Source of the DNA: a virus
Virus record (IMG/VR): IMGVR_UViG_3300010354_012181
Coordinates: 1-64,000 of that record
Reading direction: 5' to 3' (one strand)
DNA length: 64,000 bases
Made by a program: the position numbers and the translations under genes. Below the pieces are notes generated by a model. It did not search any database. It was not told the origin of the DNA and saw nothing but the letters and a program-made list of their open reading frames with translations. Shown piece after piece: positions 16,796 to 25,232 of this stretch (position 1 is its first letter; the number at the start of each line of letters is the position of its first letter).

Positions 16796-17707
16796 TTAAT
16801 TTATAAATTCTAGTCCTTTGAAATAATGTTGTCGATTAACCAATAATTCTAAAGGCTGCGTGTATTTTTTAACATAACCTATTACTATTTCTAAAGGCAT
16901 ATTTTTTGGGGAAAGATTAAAATTTTTACACCATGTTTCAAACTTCATTGAGGAATATAACTTTTTTCTATTCTCATTAGTGTCAAACACAAAACCACCA
17001 TGAGAACCAAATCTACCAGTGCAATCTATTTCCGTAGGATCATCGTTTTCATAAAATGATTGTAATGGTGGTTTACCAAGAATAGATCTATTTAAGAGAA
17101 CAAGATTTTTTTGATTATAATTAAAAAATTTATAATTAGAAAGCAAGTCTTCTGAATTAAAGGTTAACCAATTATCCCAAGTTATGGGCCTGATCTCAAA
17201 TGATGTTATAGGATAAAACGTATTGGTGAATATTTTATTTTCCGTTAAATTTGCCACGTGTTCAAGACTGTGAACATTATTATTTAGATTTTCTATTGAT
17301 TTTATGAAATCTTGTTTATCATAATCATTAATAATGTTAAAATTGCAATCAAACGGATTTGGTAAATTATGATAGGGATCTGAATCGATCCAAATCATGT
17401 TTTTTGTAAAAAATCTATGAATAAAATTAAGAGTCGATTGTTGAAAATCAAATGTAGGCGATAACTGAAATGGGATTTTAAATCCTTTATTTTCAAGGTT
17501 AATTAAACTCTTTAGAATTTCATTCCAGCAGGATTCAACATCTATATGATCTCGATAAGAGTGCGGGTGATAGCACCAATACTCATTTCTCATTGTGTAT
17601 GTTTCTTTTTTAGAAGAAAAAAAATCAAACCATTTTTGAATTAAAGATTCATCGAATAATTCAATAAGAACATAATTAGATTTTTGAAAAGTTAATAAAA
17701 GACGCAT
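16796..17707 (-). CDS. AT-rich hypothetical protein inserted antisense in the tRNA array
   Basis: 303 aa ORF; TAAATA 4 nt upstream of the ATG. Confidence 0.8.
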   Translation of the reverse strand: MRLLLTFQKSNYVLIELFDESLIQKWFDFFSSKKETYTMRNEYWCYHPHSYRDHIDVESCWNEILKSLINLENKGFKIPFQLSPTFDFQQSTLNFIHRFFTKNMIWIDSDPYHNLPNPFDCNFNIINDYDKQDFIKSIENLNNNVHSLEHVANLTENKIFTNTFYPITSFEIRPITWDNWLTFNSEDLLSNYKFFNYNQKNLVLLNRSILGKPPLQSFYENDDPTEIDCTGRFGSHGGFVFDTNENRKKLYSSMKFETWCKNFNLSPKNMPLEIVIGYVKKYTQPLELLVNRQHYFKGLEFIN

Positions 17708-17728
17708 AAAATATTTATAGGAGTAATT

Positions 17729-17923
17729 ATGAGACCAATCACTTTAAAAAATCGATTGAACAACGATCGTTTTATCTGCGACGATATAAAAATCACTGAA
17801 ATTATAGATGGTGTAGAATATCTTTTGGTTAAACGATTAGGTGAAAATAGAAAATTTTTGATGCGTAAAGAGGCATTAGAAAAGGTTGACACAGCGGAAA
17901 AAAAATCTTATAATAAGAAATGA
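17729..17923 (+). CDS. Small hypothetical protein
   Basis: AGGAG RBS. Confidence 0.7.
   Translation: MRPITLKNRLNNDRFICDDIKITEIIDGVEYLLVKRLGENRKFLMRKEALEKVDTAEKKSYNKK
17886..17914 (+). promoter_or_regulatory. sigma70-type promoter for the tRNA-Leu pair
   Basis: TTGACA-17-TATAAT. Confidence 0.8.
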
Positions 17924-17929
17924 TAGCAA

Positions 17930-18012
17930 GCCCCGATGGTGGAATGGTAGACACGCTGGTCTTAGAAGCCAGTGCCTAGTGCGTGAGAGTTCGAGTCTCT
18001 CTTGGGGCACCA
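17930..18012 (+). tRNA. trnL: tRNA-Leu(TAG)
   Basis: Loop CTTAGAA, long variable arm, CCA. Confidence 0.93.
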
Positions 18013-18017
18013 AATAT

Positions 18018-18102
18018 GCGACTGTGGTGAAATCGGTAGACACAAGAGACTTAAAATCTCTCGCTTTCGGGCGTGCCAGTTCGATTCTGGCCAGTCGCAC
18101 CA
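18018..18102 (+). tRNA. trnL: tRNA-Leu(TAA)
   Basis: Loop CTTAAAA, long variable arm, CCA. Confidence 0.93.
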
Positions 18103-18120
18103 TTATTGTAAATATTTGTT

Positions 18121-18603
18121 ATGAACAATTATTTAAATTATATTGATACACCCTCCCTGCCTGAATCGATAATCCAGGAGGTTTATAAAAGTACACAAAA
18201 TCCAAATATTTTTTACGTTCAAAAAAGTCAGAATGAATATGGATTATATGAAGCTACAGACTTATTAAAAGAGTATACTCATAAAATTTTCTCATTTCAA
18301 CATAAAACAAGAGTACAAAAAATATATAAAGACCTTTTCATTCATAAGGACTTTGAAAGGGGTTTAGCCTACAACTATCTGATAGATCTAGGTGGAGATA
18401 ATGTAGAAACTTGTTTTTTTGATAATGATTTTAAATTAGTTGAAACCCATGTGATTAAAAAACACGCATGGCATACTCTAGACGTAACAGTTTTTCATAG
18501 TGTAAAAAATGTTACTCACCCAAGATTGGCCATAACTCTTTTTCCTATCGACAGTAAAGTAAATTATTTTAAATTAGCAGATCAAAATTGGTGTAAAGAA
18601 TAG
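18121..18603 (+). CDS. Cupin/2OG-Fe(II)-like hypothetical protein
   Basis: HKD...WHTLDVTVFHSV...RLAITL pattern. Confidence 0.6.
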   Translation: MNNYLNYIDTPSLPESIIQEVYKSTQNPNIFYVQKSQNEYGLYEATDLLKEYTHKIFSFQHKTRVQKIYKDLFIHKDFERGLAYNYLIDLGGDNVETCFFDNDFKLVETHVIKKHAWHTLDVTVFHSVKNVTHPRLAITLFPIDSKVNYFKLADQNWCKE

Positions 18604-18647
18604 ATGTGTGTTCTATAAATTATTTGTATTAGGTTATAACTAAAAAT

Positions 18648-19271
18648 ATGTTGACTAACTTAGATAAGATTAAGTTCATTGGTGACCTTAGCCTCCAAGA
18701 TGCTGACATATTGGCTAAGTTTGGACGTCAATCAAAATCTATTATCGAATTTGGTTCAGGTGGTAGCACACAGATTTTTTCTCAGTGCGGATGTAATTCT
18801 GTAACTAGCATTGAAACTGATCCTAATTGGATAAATCTAACAAAAAAAAGACTAAGTCAATTGAATGAAGCGTCTGTTGTAGAATTTTTTTCCTATACCC
18901 ACTTAGACAAAATTATTTTTGGAAAACAATATGATCTTATTTTTGTAGATGGTGTAGATCATCTCCGCAGAGAATTTGCAATTACCACGTGGAAGTATCT
19001 ACAGGTAGGAGGGGTGATGATATTTCACGACACGAGACGTTTTAATGATTTTCAAAATGTTGCTTGGATAGCACAATTATACTTTAACGAAATAAATCGA
19101 ATAGATATAAATCTTGCAGCCAGCGATGGGATCAGTAGTAATATGACCGTCATCCACAAAAAAAGTTACGAGCCTTACCAAAACTGGAACCATACTGAAA
19201 ACAAACCTCTTTGGGCTTATGGTTCACAGCCCAATACTGAGGATATTCCATTATGGAGTCAGAACAGTTAA
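18648..19271 (+). CDS. Class I SAM-dependent methyltransferase
   Basis: IIEFGSGGST, YDLIFVDG, GGVMIFHD. Confidence 0.85.
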   Translation: MLTNLDKIKFIGDLSLQDADILAKFGRQSKSIIEFGSGGSTQIFSQCGCNSVTSIETDPNWINLTKKRLSQLNEASVVEFFSYTHLDKIIFGKQYDLIFVDGVDHLRREFAITTWKYLQVGGVMIFHDTRRFNDFQNVAWIAQLYFNEINRIDINLAASDGISSNMTVIHKKSYEPYQNWNHTENKPLWAYGSQPNTEDIPLWSQNS

Positions 19272-19277
19272 GTTTAT

Positions 19278-19367
19278 GGAGAGTTGGCCGAGTGGCTGAA
19301 GGCAGCGGCTTGCTAAGCCGTCCACGGGTTAAACCGTGCATAGGTTCGAATCCTATACTCTCCGCCA
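19278..19367 (+). tRNA. trnS: tRNA-Ser(GCT)
   Basis: Loop TTGCTAA, long variable arm, CCA. Confidence 0.93.
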
Positions 19368-19389
19368 AATTTTTAAAAAGGAAACATAT

Positions 19390-19566
19390 ATGTTGAAATC
19401 CGGATCGAATTATAAAATGACGAAACAATCAAAGCGTCTTTTAGCCACTAAGAAAATGATAGATGCTCATTATAGGGGAGAAATCAAAAGAACTGTAATT
19501 CAGGCGGAACTGGCCGCGGCAATCCAACCAAAAAGAGAAAAAGGTAAAAGAGAATCTTTGGAATAA
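19390..19566 (+). CDS. Small basic hypothetical protein
   Basis: AAGGA RBS before ATG 19390. Confidence 0.65.
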   Translation: MLKSGSNYKMTKQSKRLLATKKMIDAHYRGEIKRTVIQAELAAAIQPKREKGKRESLE

Positions 19567-19581
19567 CATAACCAAAATGTC

Positions 19582-19609
19582 TTGACACTGACATAAAATA
19601 GTGTATAAT
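19582..19609 (+). promoter_or_regulatory. sigma70-type promoter upstream of a non-coding block
   Basis: TTGACA-16-TATAAT. Confidence 0.7.
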
Positions 19610-19615
19610 AGTTTT

Positions 19616-19857
19616 TGTTCGGTAGCAATACTGAACCGGTGAAGTGAAAGGTAGATGAGGGTAGACGCTTGTATGGCTGAATGCCGTACATCCAATTCTG
19701 GCAAAGACTCTTGAAAAGTCTCCGTGCTTGGGTGAACCGATTCTTATATACCTGTCAATTGCTGATCGGAAATATTCAGGCCCCTGTAGCCTGTCTATTG
19801 CACGTTGTCAAGGATTAACTTTTAGTAAATCCGTTTGTCAATTGTCCGGTCTATTAC
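19616..19857 (+). ncRNA. Unidentified structured RNA with its own promoter
   Basis: Nested stems ACCGG/CCGGT, AGGTAGATGAGG/TCTTATATACCT, TGTATGGC/GCCGTACA, AGACT/AGTCT, GGATT/AATCC. Confidence 0.55.
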
Positions 19858-19886
19858 TTGACCTTTCGCCGACCCGTTAGTATAAT
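19858..19886 (+). promoter_or_regulatory. sigma70-type promoter
   Basis: TTGACC-17-TATAAT. Confidence 0.7.
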
Positions 19887-19905
19887 ATAAAAAAGAGAGA
19901 CACAA

Positions 19906-20478
19906 ATGAATATCACACTTCGCAAAGCAAACGCCATCCAGAACAGTATCAACGATGCAGTAAAGAATATCAAAGTTGAGTTAAATGTAGAACTCAACGA
20001 GTTCCAAAATGTTGAAGAAACAATCAGTCAGGCCAACAATGCGTTGATTGAGGCAGACGGCCGTCGTCAGAAGTTAACCATGGCTCTGTACAATATTCGA
20101 GCCCTTGTCGGAACTGCTAATTCTTCTAGCGGTATAGATACTGCTTTGGCTAAAGCAGCATTCGTAGACAAACGTATCGGTCAATTAGAAGAATTATCTC
20201 ACGCCAAGGAAATGACCGGCCTAGATGTAATTAAAGGAAAACTAGAAAAAATAAAAAGTCTTAAGGACGAGGCTAGGAGTAGAGTATTTGGTTATGGTGA
20301 TACCGTCACAACTTCTGTTCTTAGCAAAGAACAGATTTCACAGGCTAAAACAGAAGTTCTTAACCTTAAAAAACAAAAACAAAAACTTAACGATGAGATT
20401 CTGGAGTTGAATATTAAAACTGAAATTCCCCTCAGCGATGATGTAGTTAAAACATTACAGTCTGAAGGGTTATTGTAA
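19906..20478 (+). CDS. Coiled-coil hypothetical phage protein
   Basis: 190 aa, heptad-rich helical sequence. Confidence 0.8.
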   Translation: MNITLRKANAIQNSINDAVKNIKVELNVELNEFQNVEETISQANNALIEADGRRQKLTMALYNIRALVGTANSSSGIDTALAKAAFVDKRIGQLEELSHAKEMTGLDVIKGKLEKIKSLKDEARSRVFGYGDTVTTSVLSKEQISQAKTEVLNLKKQKQKLNDEILELNIKTEIPLSDDVVKTLQSEGLL

Positions 20479-20485
20479 AATCTAT

Positions 20486-20559
20486 CGCGGGATAGAGAAA
20501 TGGTATCTCGAGAGTCTCATAAGCTCTAGTTCCTGGTTCAATTCCGGGTCCCGCAACCA
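20486..20559 (+). tRNA. trnM: tRNA-Met(CAT), initiator-like
   Basis: C1xA72 mismatch, CGCGGG acceptor, loop CTCATAA; lacks the three G-C anticodon pairs. Confidence 0.88.
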
Positions 20560-20561
20560 TT

Positions 20562-20801
20562 TATTGATAGTAGTATAAGATCCGATTCGGAAACCGAAAG
20601 GTAAAACTTAGCGGGTGGAACTGCGAGGTAGATGTATCGTAGATACATTTCGATTCTCATATATGATCCAGGGCGTTTTACAGCGTGACCAGATTGAGGG
20701 ATACGGATTCCATGTTAGGCTGGACTATAGAAGCAGGTGCTGTAATGCCTGGGCGGCCCCGGGTTTCGTCCCAAACCAAAACTTCAATATTACTATCAAT
20801 A
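20562..20801 (+). ncRNA. Unidentified structured RNA between two tRNAs
   Basis: 15 bp closing stem TATTGATAGTAGTAT/ATATTACTATCAATA; internal CCAGGGCGTTTTACAGC/GCTGTAATGCCTGG and GATGTATC/GATACATT. Confidence 0.6.
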
Positions 20802-20820
20802 TTCTTATAAGTAGAATTAT

Positions 20821-20894
20821 GCGGGGTTCGTATAGTGGTAATACCTCAGCCTTCCAAGCTGATGCGGAGAGTTCGATTCTCTTACCCCGCTCCA
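20821..20894 (+). tRNA. trnG: tRNA-Gly(TCC)
   Basis: Loop CTTCCAA; U73; CCA. Confidence 0.94.
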
Positions 20895-20900
20895 AATAAA

Positions 20901-21476
20901 ATGCAAGTAATTGATCAAAACAAAACCTTTCGTAAGTTTGATTTTAGTTCTGTAATTACCGCAGATGATAATAGATCAGCAATAGGTATAATCAAAGACA
21001 TCATCGCAGACGGAAATTATTTTACTAACAGTCCTAAGTTTCAAACTAAAGAAAACATATTTTCTCGACCTGAACCTGTCTGGCTCAAGTATCGAATGAG
21101 TTTTTTATTTTCTGTGTTCTTATACCTGGGTCGCGAAGTCAAGGTCAGTAATATGATGGCCTGGTCATTTATGACTAATCTCGAAGGTGCCGAGGACCGT
21201 GAAAAATTATGGCATCATCATTGGCATCCTAGTCGTCCAGAATCTAAACTTCTCAGCGGTATATGGTATCTGCATATACCCGAAGATGTAAAAGATCGAG
21301 ATTACTGTGGTACTGAAATGGCTCCAAATGGTATAGATGCTGATGGAAAATTTTTTGTTCGTCCCTCAGATAACAATTGGTTAATTTATCCTAGCGATCA
21401 ATGGCATAGGCCCGGAATCGTTCAAAGTGATCAGTATCGATTTATATTGGCCGCAGATGTAGAATATTACGATTGA
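20901..21476 (+). CDS. Putative 2OG-Fe(II)/cupin protein
   Basis: WHHH...LSGIWYL...GTE...IYPSDQWHRP...RFILAAD. Confidence 0.7.
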   Translation: MQVIDQNKTFRKFDFSSVITADDNRSAIGIIKDIIADGNYFTNSPKFQTKENIFSRPEPVWLKYRMSFLFSVFLYLGREVKVSNMMAWSFMTNLEGAEDREKLWHHHWHPSRPESKLLSGIWYLHIPEDVKDRDYCGTEMAPNGIDADGKFFVRPSDNNWLIYPSDQWHRPGIVQSDQYRFILAADVEYYD

Positions 21477-21514
21477 AAATAATAATTTAAATCCGCAGGC
21501 CTGGAGATTTAGTA

Positions 21515-21916
21515 ATGCAATTTGCTGTTCAAACTCGTAGCAAACAAAACAAAGAATTTATCGAACGGATCCTTCCATCAATGATAACGCAGTTAGGTTT
21601 GCAACACAGTAAAAAATTATTGTTTGTTAGAATAGTCAAAGACATTGATGACAATGACGGTTGCACTAGTCATATCGTCAATCTCGGTACTATTGTAATT
21701 TTACTTAAACCTCAGAGCCTAGAAAGATTGGGAGTTACTCTCGCTCATGAAATGGTTCATGTTAAACAACTAGCCAAAGGTAAACTTAAAACTATTAAAG
21801 GTATAAGTTATTGGAACGGTAAAAGATACAGCAAACGAACAAAGTATCTCGATCAACCCTGGGAAATAGAAGCATTTAGTAAACAAGAATTAATTTTTAG
21901 ACGCTCTATAGAGTAG
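21515..21916 (+). CDS. Zincin-like metallopeptidase
   Basis: LAHEMVHVKQ (HExxH) and PWEIEA. Confidence 0.8.
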   Translation: MQFAVQTRSKQNKEFIERILPSMITQLGLQHSKKLLFVRIVKDIDDNDGCTSHIVNLGTIVILLKPQSLERLGVTLAHEMVHVKQLAKGKLKTIKGISYWNGKRYSKRTKYLDQPWEIEAFSKQELIFRRSIE

Positions 21917-21929
21917 AAAGGAGGGCAAG

Positions 21930-22535
21930 ATGCCTAGTGTATTTTTAGTTAGCGACACGCACTTTGGTCACGCAGGTGTCTGCCGCTTCACACGCAACGA
22001 TGGTGTGACAAAACTGCGTCCGTGGGATGATCCTGCGGAGATGGACGAAGATATGATCAAGGCCTGGAACGAACGTGTCCGACCCACTGATAAGGTATAC
22101 CATTTAGGTGATGTTGTTATTAATCGGAAAGCCATGTCTACATTATCACGTTTGAATGGGGACAAGGTCTTGATACGTGGTAATCACGACATCTTCCGTG
22201 ATGACGAGTATAGGCAGTTCTTTAGAGAATTGCGAGCATACCACGTTATGAACGGAATGATCTTAAGCCATATTCCTGTACACAGTGACAGCTTAGGTCG
22301 TTTTGGTACAAACATTCACGGCCACTTACACGCAAACCGTGTTAAGAAGCCTCGCGGTGTTGATGCTCGTACAGGAGAAATCTTGTACAGCGATGAAAAC
22401 GATGTTCGCTACCATTGCGTTTGCGTAGAACAAACACCAGACTTTGCTCCAATATTATTTGAAGACGTTATCAAACGCATCGAAGAAGAAGGCGGAAGTA
22501 TTGGATTTAGAAACGGAAACGGCGCAATCATGTAG
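21930..22535 (+). CDS. Calcineurin-like metallophosphoesterase
   Basis: SDTHFGH, HLGD, GNHD, HGHLH. Confidence 0.9.
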   Translation: MPSVFLVSDTHFGHAGVCRFTRNDGVTKLRPWDDPAEMDEDMIKAWNERVRPTDKVYHLGDVVINRKAMSTLSRLNGDKVLIRGNHDIFRDDEYRQFFRELRAYHVMNGMILSHIPVHSDSLGRFGTNIHGHLHANRVKKPRGVDARTGEILYSDENDVRYHCVCVEQTPDFAPILFEDVIKRIEEEGGSIGFRNGNGAIM

Positions 22536-22539
22536 TTTA

Positions 22540-22568
22540 AATAGGGCACTCTGGTGCCCTATTTTTTT
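22540..22568 (+). terminator. Intrinsic terminator
   Basis: AATAGGGCAC-TCTG-GTGCCCTATT then T run. Confidence 0.9.
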
Positions 22569-22612
22569 GAGTAAAAAAATATAATGCATAAATATATTTT
22601 TTAACATATATT

Positions 22613-23500
22613 ATGAATAACAAATTATTTAGATATTCAAATAAAGATAGCTTTCTAATTTGCTACACTCTAATAATGATAGCGATTCCTATCATTTTAG
22701 CTCTGTACACACCCAGCCTTCCGTGGTTATTTTTAATAACTTTTTTCCATATTTGGTTTATTGTTAATGGACAAAATTCAGCAGAGCACCATCACACACA
22801 CTGGCCTACTTTTTGGAGTCAATCTCTTAATCAAAAATATGAATTATTACTGTCAATGGCATTTGGTATACCAGTAAGCACTTGGAAAGACTCTCATTTT
22901 TTACATCACAAACATGTAAATGATAAGCCAGTAAATGGCGTGACACAAGATCCTATTAGTGTGTATACACTTAATCCAGAAAAGGAAGAACTTAATAATT
23001 TTTGGGTATATTGTTTCAAAGGCGCTTGGATTTTTAATATAAAAGGCGTTTTTACTTGGCATAAATTAAAATTATACTATATGCCTCAGGTACAAGATCA
23101 ATGTCGTCGTGAAATATGGGCCTTCCGCATATTTTTAATTTTTATTCTTTATCTAAATTTGTTTTATGGATTTTGGCTGATTGCTGTATATATAATGTCG
23201 TATGTTGTAAATAATGCTAACAGTTATGGCGAGCATTGGGGAGCCTTAAATAGACGAGGTGATACCACACAGGATTCTATAGGAATATACAGTAAATGGT
23301 ATAACATTTTTGGATTCAATGCCGGCCTTCATCAAGAACATCATCACAGACCGGGAATACATTGGACTAAATTACCACTTATTACTCCATTGTTACATCC
23401 CGATAGAGTCAAAGTAAAACATGGAGTTCATATTACAAATAACCCTTTTTGGGAGCATTTTGTGTTGTTATTAAAAAGGCAAAAAGCAGTGCCAAAATAA
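22613..23500 (+). CDS. Fatty acid desaturase-family membrane protein
   Basis: His boxes HHHTH, HFLHH, HQEHH; TM segments. Confidence 0.85.
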   Translation: MNNKLFRYSNKDSFLICYTLIMIAIPIILALYTPSLPWLFLITFFHIWFIVNGQNSAEHHHTHWPTFWSQSLNQKYELLLSMAFGIPVSTWKDSHFLHHKHVNDKPVNGVTQDPISVYTLNPEKEELNNFWVYCFKGAWIFNIKGVFTWHKLKLYYMPQVQDQCRREIWAFRIFLIFILYLNLFYGFWLIAVYIMSYVVNNANSYGEHWGALNRRGDTTQDSIGIYSKWYNIFGFNAGLHQEHHHRPGIHWTKLPLITPLLHPDRVKVKHGVHITNNPFWEHFVLLLKRQKAVPK

Positions 23501-23501
23501 G

Positions 23502-23531
23502 AAAAATAGGGCGTGATAGCCCTATTTTTTT
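23502..23531 (+). terminator. Intrinsic terminator
   Basis: AAAAATAGGGC-GTGATA-GCCCTATTTTTTT. Confidence 0.85.
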
Positions 23532-23598
23532 GAACTCATTTTCTTATTAGCGAGGCATAAATATATGATAATAATTAAGTTATCCCAGGAGTTATGCT

Positions 23599-25185
23599 AT
23601 GCCATTACAGCTTCGCAGAGGCAATACCGCTGAAGTAAACAGTATCACACCGTTAATAGGTGAAATAGTCTATGATACCCAACTAAAACGCATTCTTGTT
23701 GGCGACGGATCTACTGCCGGCGGCGTGGCAGTGGCCGGAGTCACTATAAATGAATCAAAAGATGCTACGTTCGCAGCATTATCGGCAGGAACGCATCAAA
23801 ACATAAGTTTTTCATATAACGCAACAACCAAAGCTATAAGTGCAACAGTTGATATCTTAACTCACGATACTATCGAAGCAGATGCAATAATAACAGACAA
23901 AATTTATAATTCTTCATCGTCGGTAGTCATTGATGTTTCTTCTGGTATTTTTACAGGAACCTTAACTGGTAACGTTACAGGTAATGTTACCGGCGATACT
24001 TCCGGTACACACAACGGTCCAGTCAACGGTAATATTACAGGCAATGTTACTGGTAATCTTACTGGTAATGTAACTGGTAATGTAACTGGTAATGTAACTG
24101 GTAATACGACCGGATTTCATACTGGAGATATCAAAGGTGATGTGTTTGCAGCAGACGATTCTTCATTGCTAATAGACAGCGCCAGTGGAACATTCTATGG
24201 TAATTTTATTGGTAATACTACTGGACTTCACACAGGTAATATCGATACAAATCTTATAAGTTCTTCTGATTCAAGTGCTATCGTTTTTGACACTCCTACT
24301 ATTTTTCAAACAAATGTAGAAATACAGAATGAGTTATTGATTAAGGATGCTCTTACAATAATTAACAGAACCTCAACTGATAGATTAGTAACATTTACCA
24401 CATCAACTAATGACGATTTGTCACCTCCTATACTAATTAGGAAATCAAGAGGAAGTCCTGGATCCCCATCCTCAGTAGCAGTAGATGACATTTTAGGTTC
24501 TATAACATTTTCGGGTCACAATGGAAGCGTTTTTACTCCACAAAATGAAATTTACTCACAGGTTAATGGCATTACTCTCGGAAATGTTACATCTACATTA
24601 TATGTAAGAACAGCCTATCCCAGCGGATTATTATTAGATAAAGTAGCCATCAGTCAAGTAGGTGTGCAAATTTTTAGTACCAGTGCCACAGAAGATACTT
24701 TAGCACTTTTAAACAACCACGACACAGCGGGAAATGCGTCTAACTTAGTCTTATCTAGATCAAGAGGAACATATGACTCACCAACTACGGTTGTAAACGG
24801 TGACATAATCCATGACATCAGTATAAGAGGTCACGACGGCACCACGTATAGATTGTCAGGACAGATACGTGCATCAGTAGATGGAGCAGTATCTGCAGGA
24901 GTTGTTCCAGGAAGATTAGATTTTACTTTAAATGATGCCAGTGGTACTTCTAGAAATATTTTAAGATTGACCAACGACAAAGTTGTTCATGCTGATAAGA
25001 TTGGTGGTTTAGATAACTCATACATTCAATTTATGCAGATTCCCTACTTGCCTAGTTTCGCAGGAGAAGGTGCTGCAGACACTGCTATTGGTGGCGCTGG
25101 GTCTAGAATAAACGGAATGATGTTCTATGACAGCACTGCAAATGCAGTAAAAGCAGTTGTGTCGGGCGCCTGGGTCTCACTGTAA
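23599..25185 (+). CDS. Tail fibre-like virion protein (Mtd-like N-terminus, GNVT repeats)
   Basis: LQLRRG...GEIVYDT...VGDG N-terminus; TGNV repeats; duplicated (K/R)SRG(S/T)..SP..V...D....I...GHxG module. Confidence 0.75.
   Translation: MPLQLRRGNTAEVNSITPLIGEIVYDTQLKRILVGDGSTAGGVAVAGVTINESKDATFAALSAGTHQNISFSYNATTKAISATVDILTHDTIEADAIITDKIYNSSSSVVIDVSSGIFTGTLTGNVTGNVTGDTSGTHNGPVNGNITGNVTGNLTGNVTGNVTGNVTGNTTGFHTGDIKGDVFAADDSSLLIDSASGTFYGNFIGNTTGLHTGNIDTNLISSSDSSAIVFDTPTIFQTNVEIQNELLIKDALTIINRTSTDRLVTFTTSTNDDLSPPILIRKSRGSPGSPSSVAVDDILGSITFSGHNGSVFTPQNEIYSQVNGITLGNVTSTLYVRTAYPSGLLLDKVAISQVGVQIFSTSATEDTLALLNNHDTAGNASNLVLSRSRGTYDSPTTVVNGDIIHDISIRGHDGTTYRLSGQIRASVDGAVSAGVVPGRLDFTLNDASGTSRNILRLTNDKVVHADKIGGLDNSYIQFMQIPYLPSFAGEGAADTAIGGAGSRINGMMFYDSTANAVKAVVSGAWVSL
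24061..24105 (+). repeat. 12 bp tandem repeat ACTGGTAATGTA (coding TGNV)
   Basis: Three exact copies plus a partial copy, within a longer degenerate run. Confidence 0.85.
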
Positions 25186-25232
25186 TTTAATCAAATCGTA
25201 ATATTAGTTTTTAAATTTATCATATATATGAT

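Noticed and set aside
12639-20899. ORF-track entries overlapping tRNAs or structured RNAs (e.g. 12758-13168, 14806-15003, 16422-16658, 17876-18146, 20615-20899)
   Set aside because: They translate tRNA or ncRNA sequence on either strand, lack an RBS and look like shadow ORFs; true starts were reassigned for 14411, 15301, 19390 and 20901.
24040-24110. CRISPR-like or regulatory repeat
   Set aside because: A 12 bp in-frame coding repeat (TGNV) without spacers; no CRISPR array was seen anywhere in the window.
23599-25185. Diversity-generating retroelement suggested by the Mtd-like N-terminus
   Set aside because: No reverse transcriptase and no template/variable repeat pair seen in the window.
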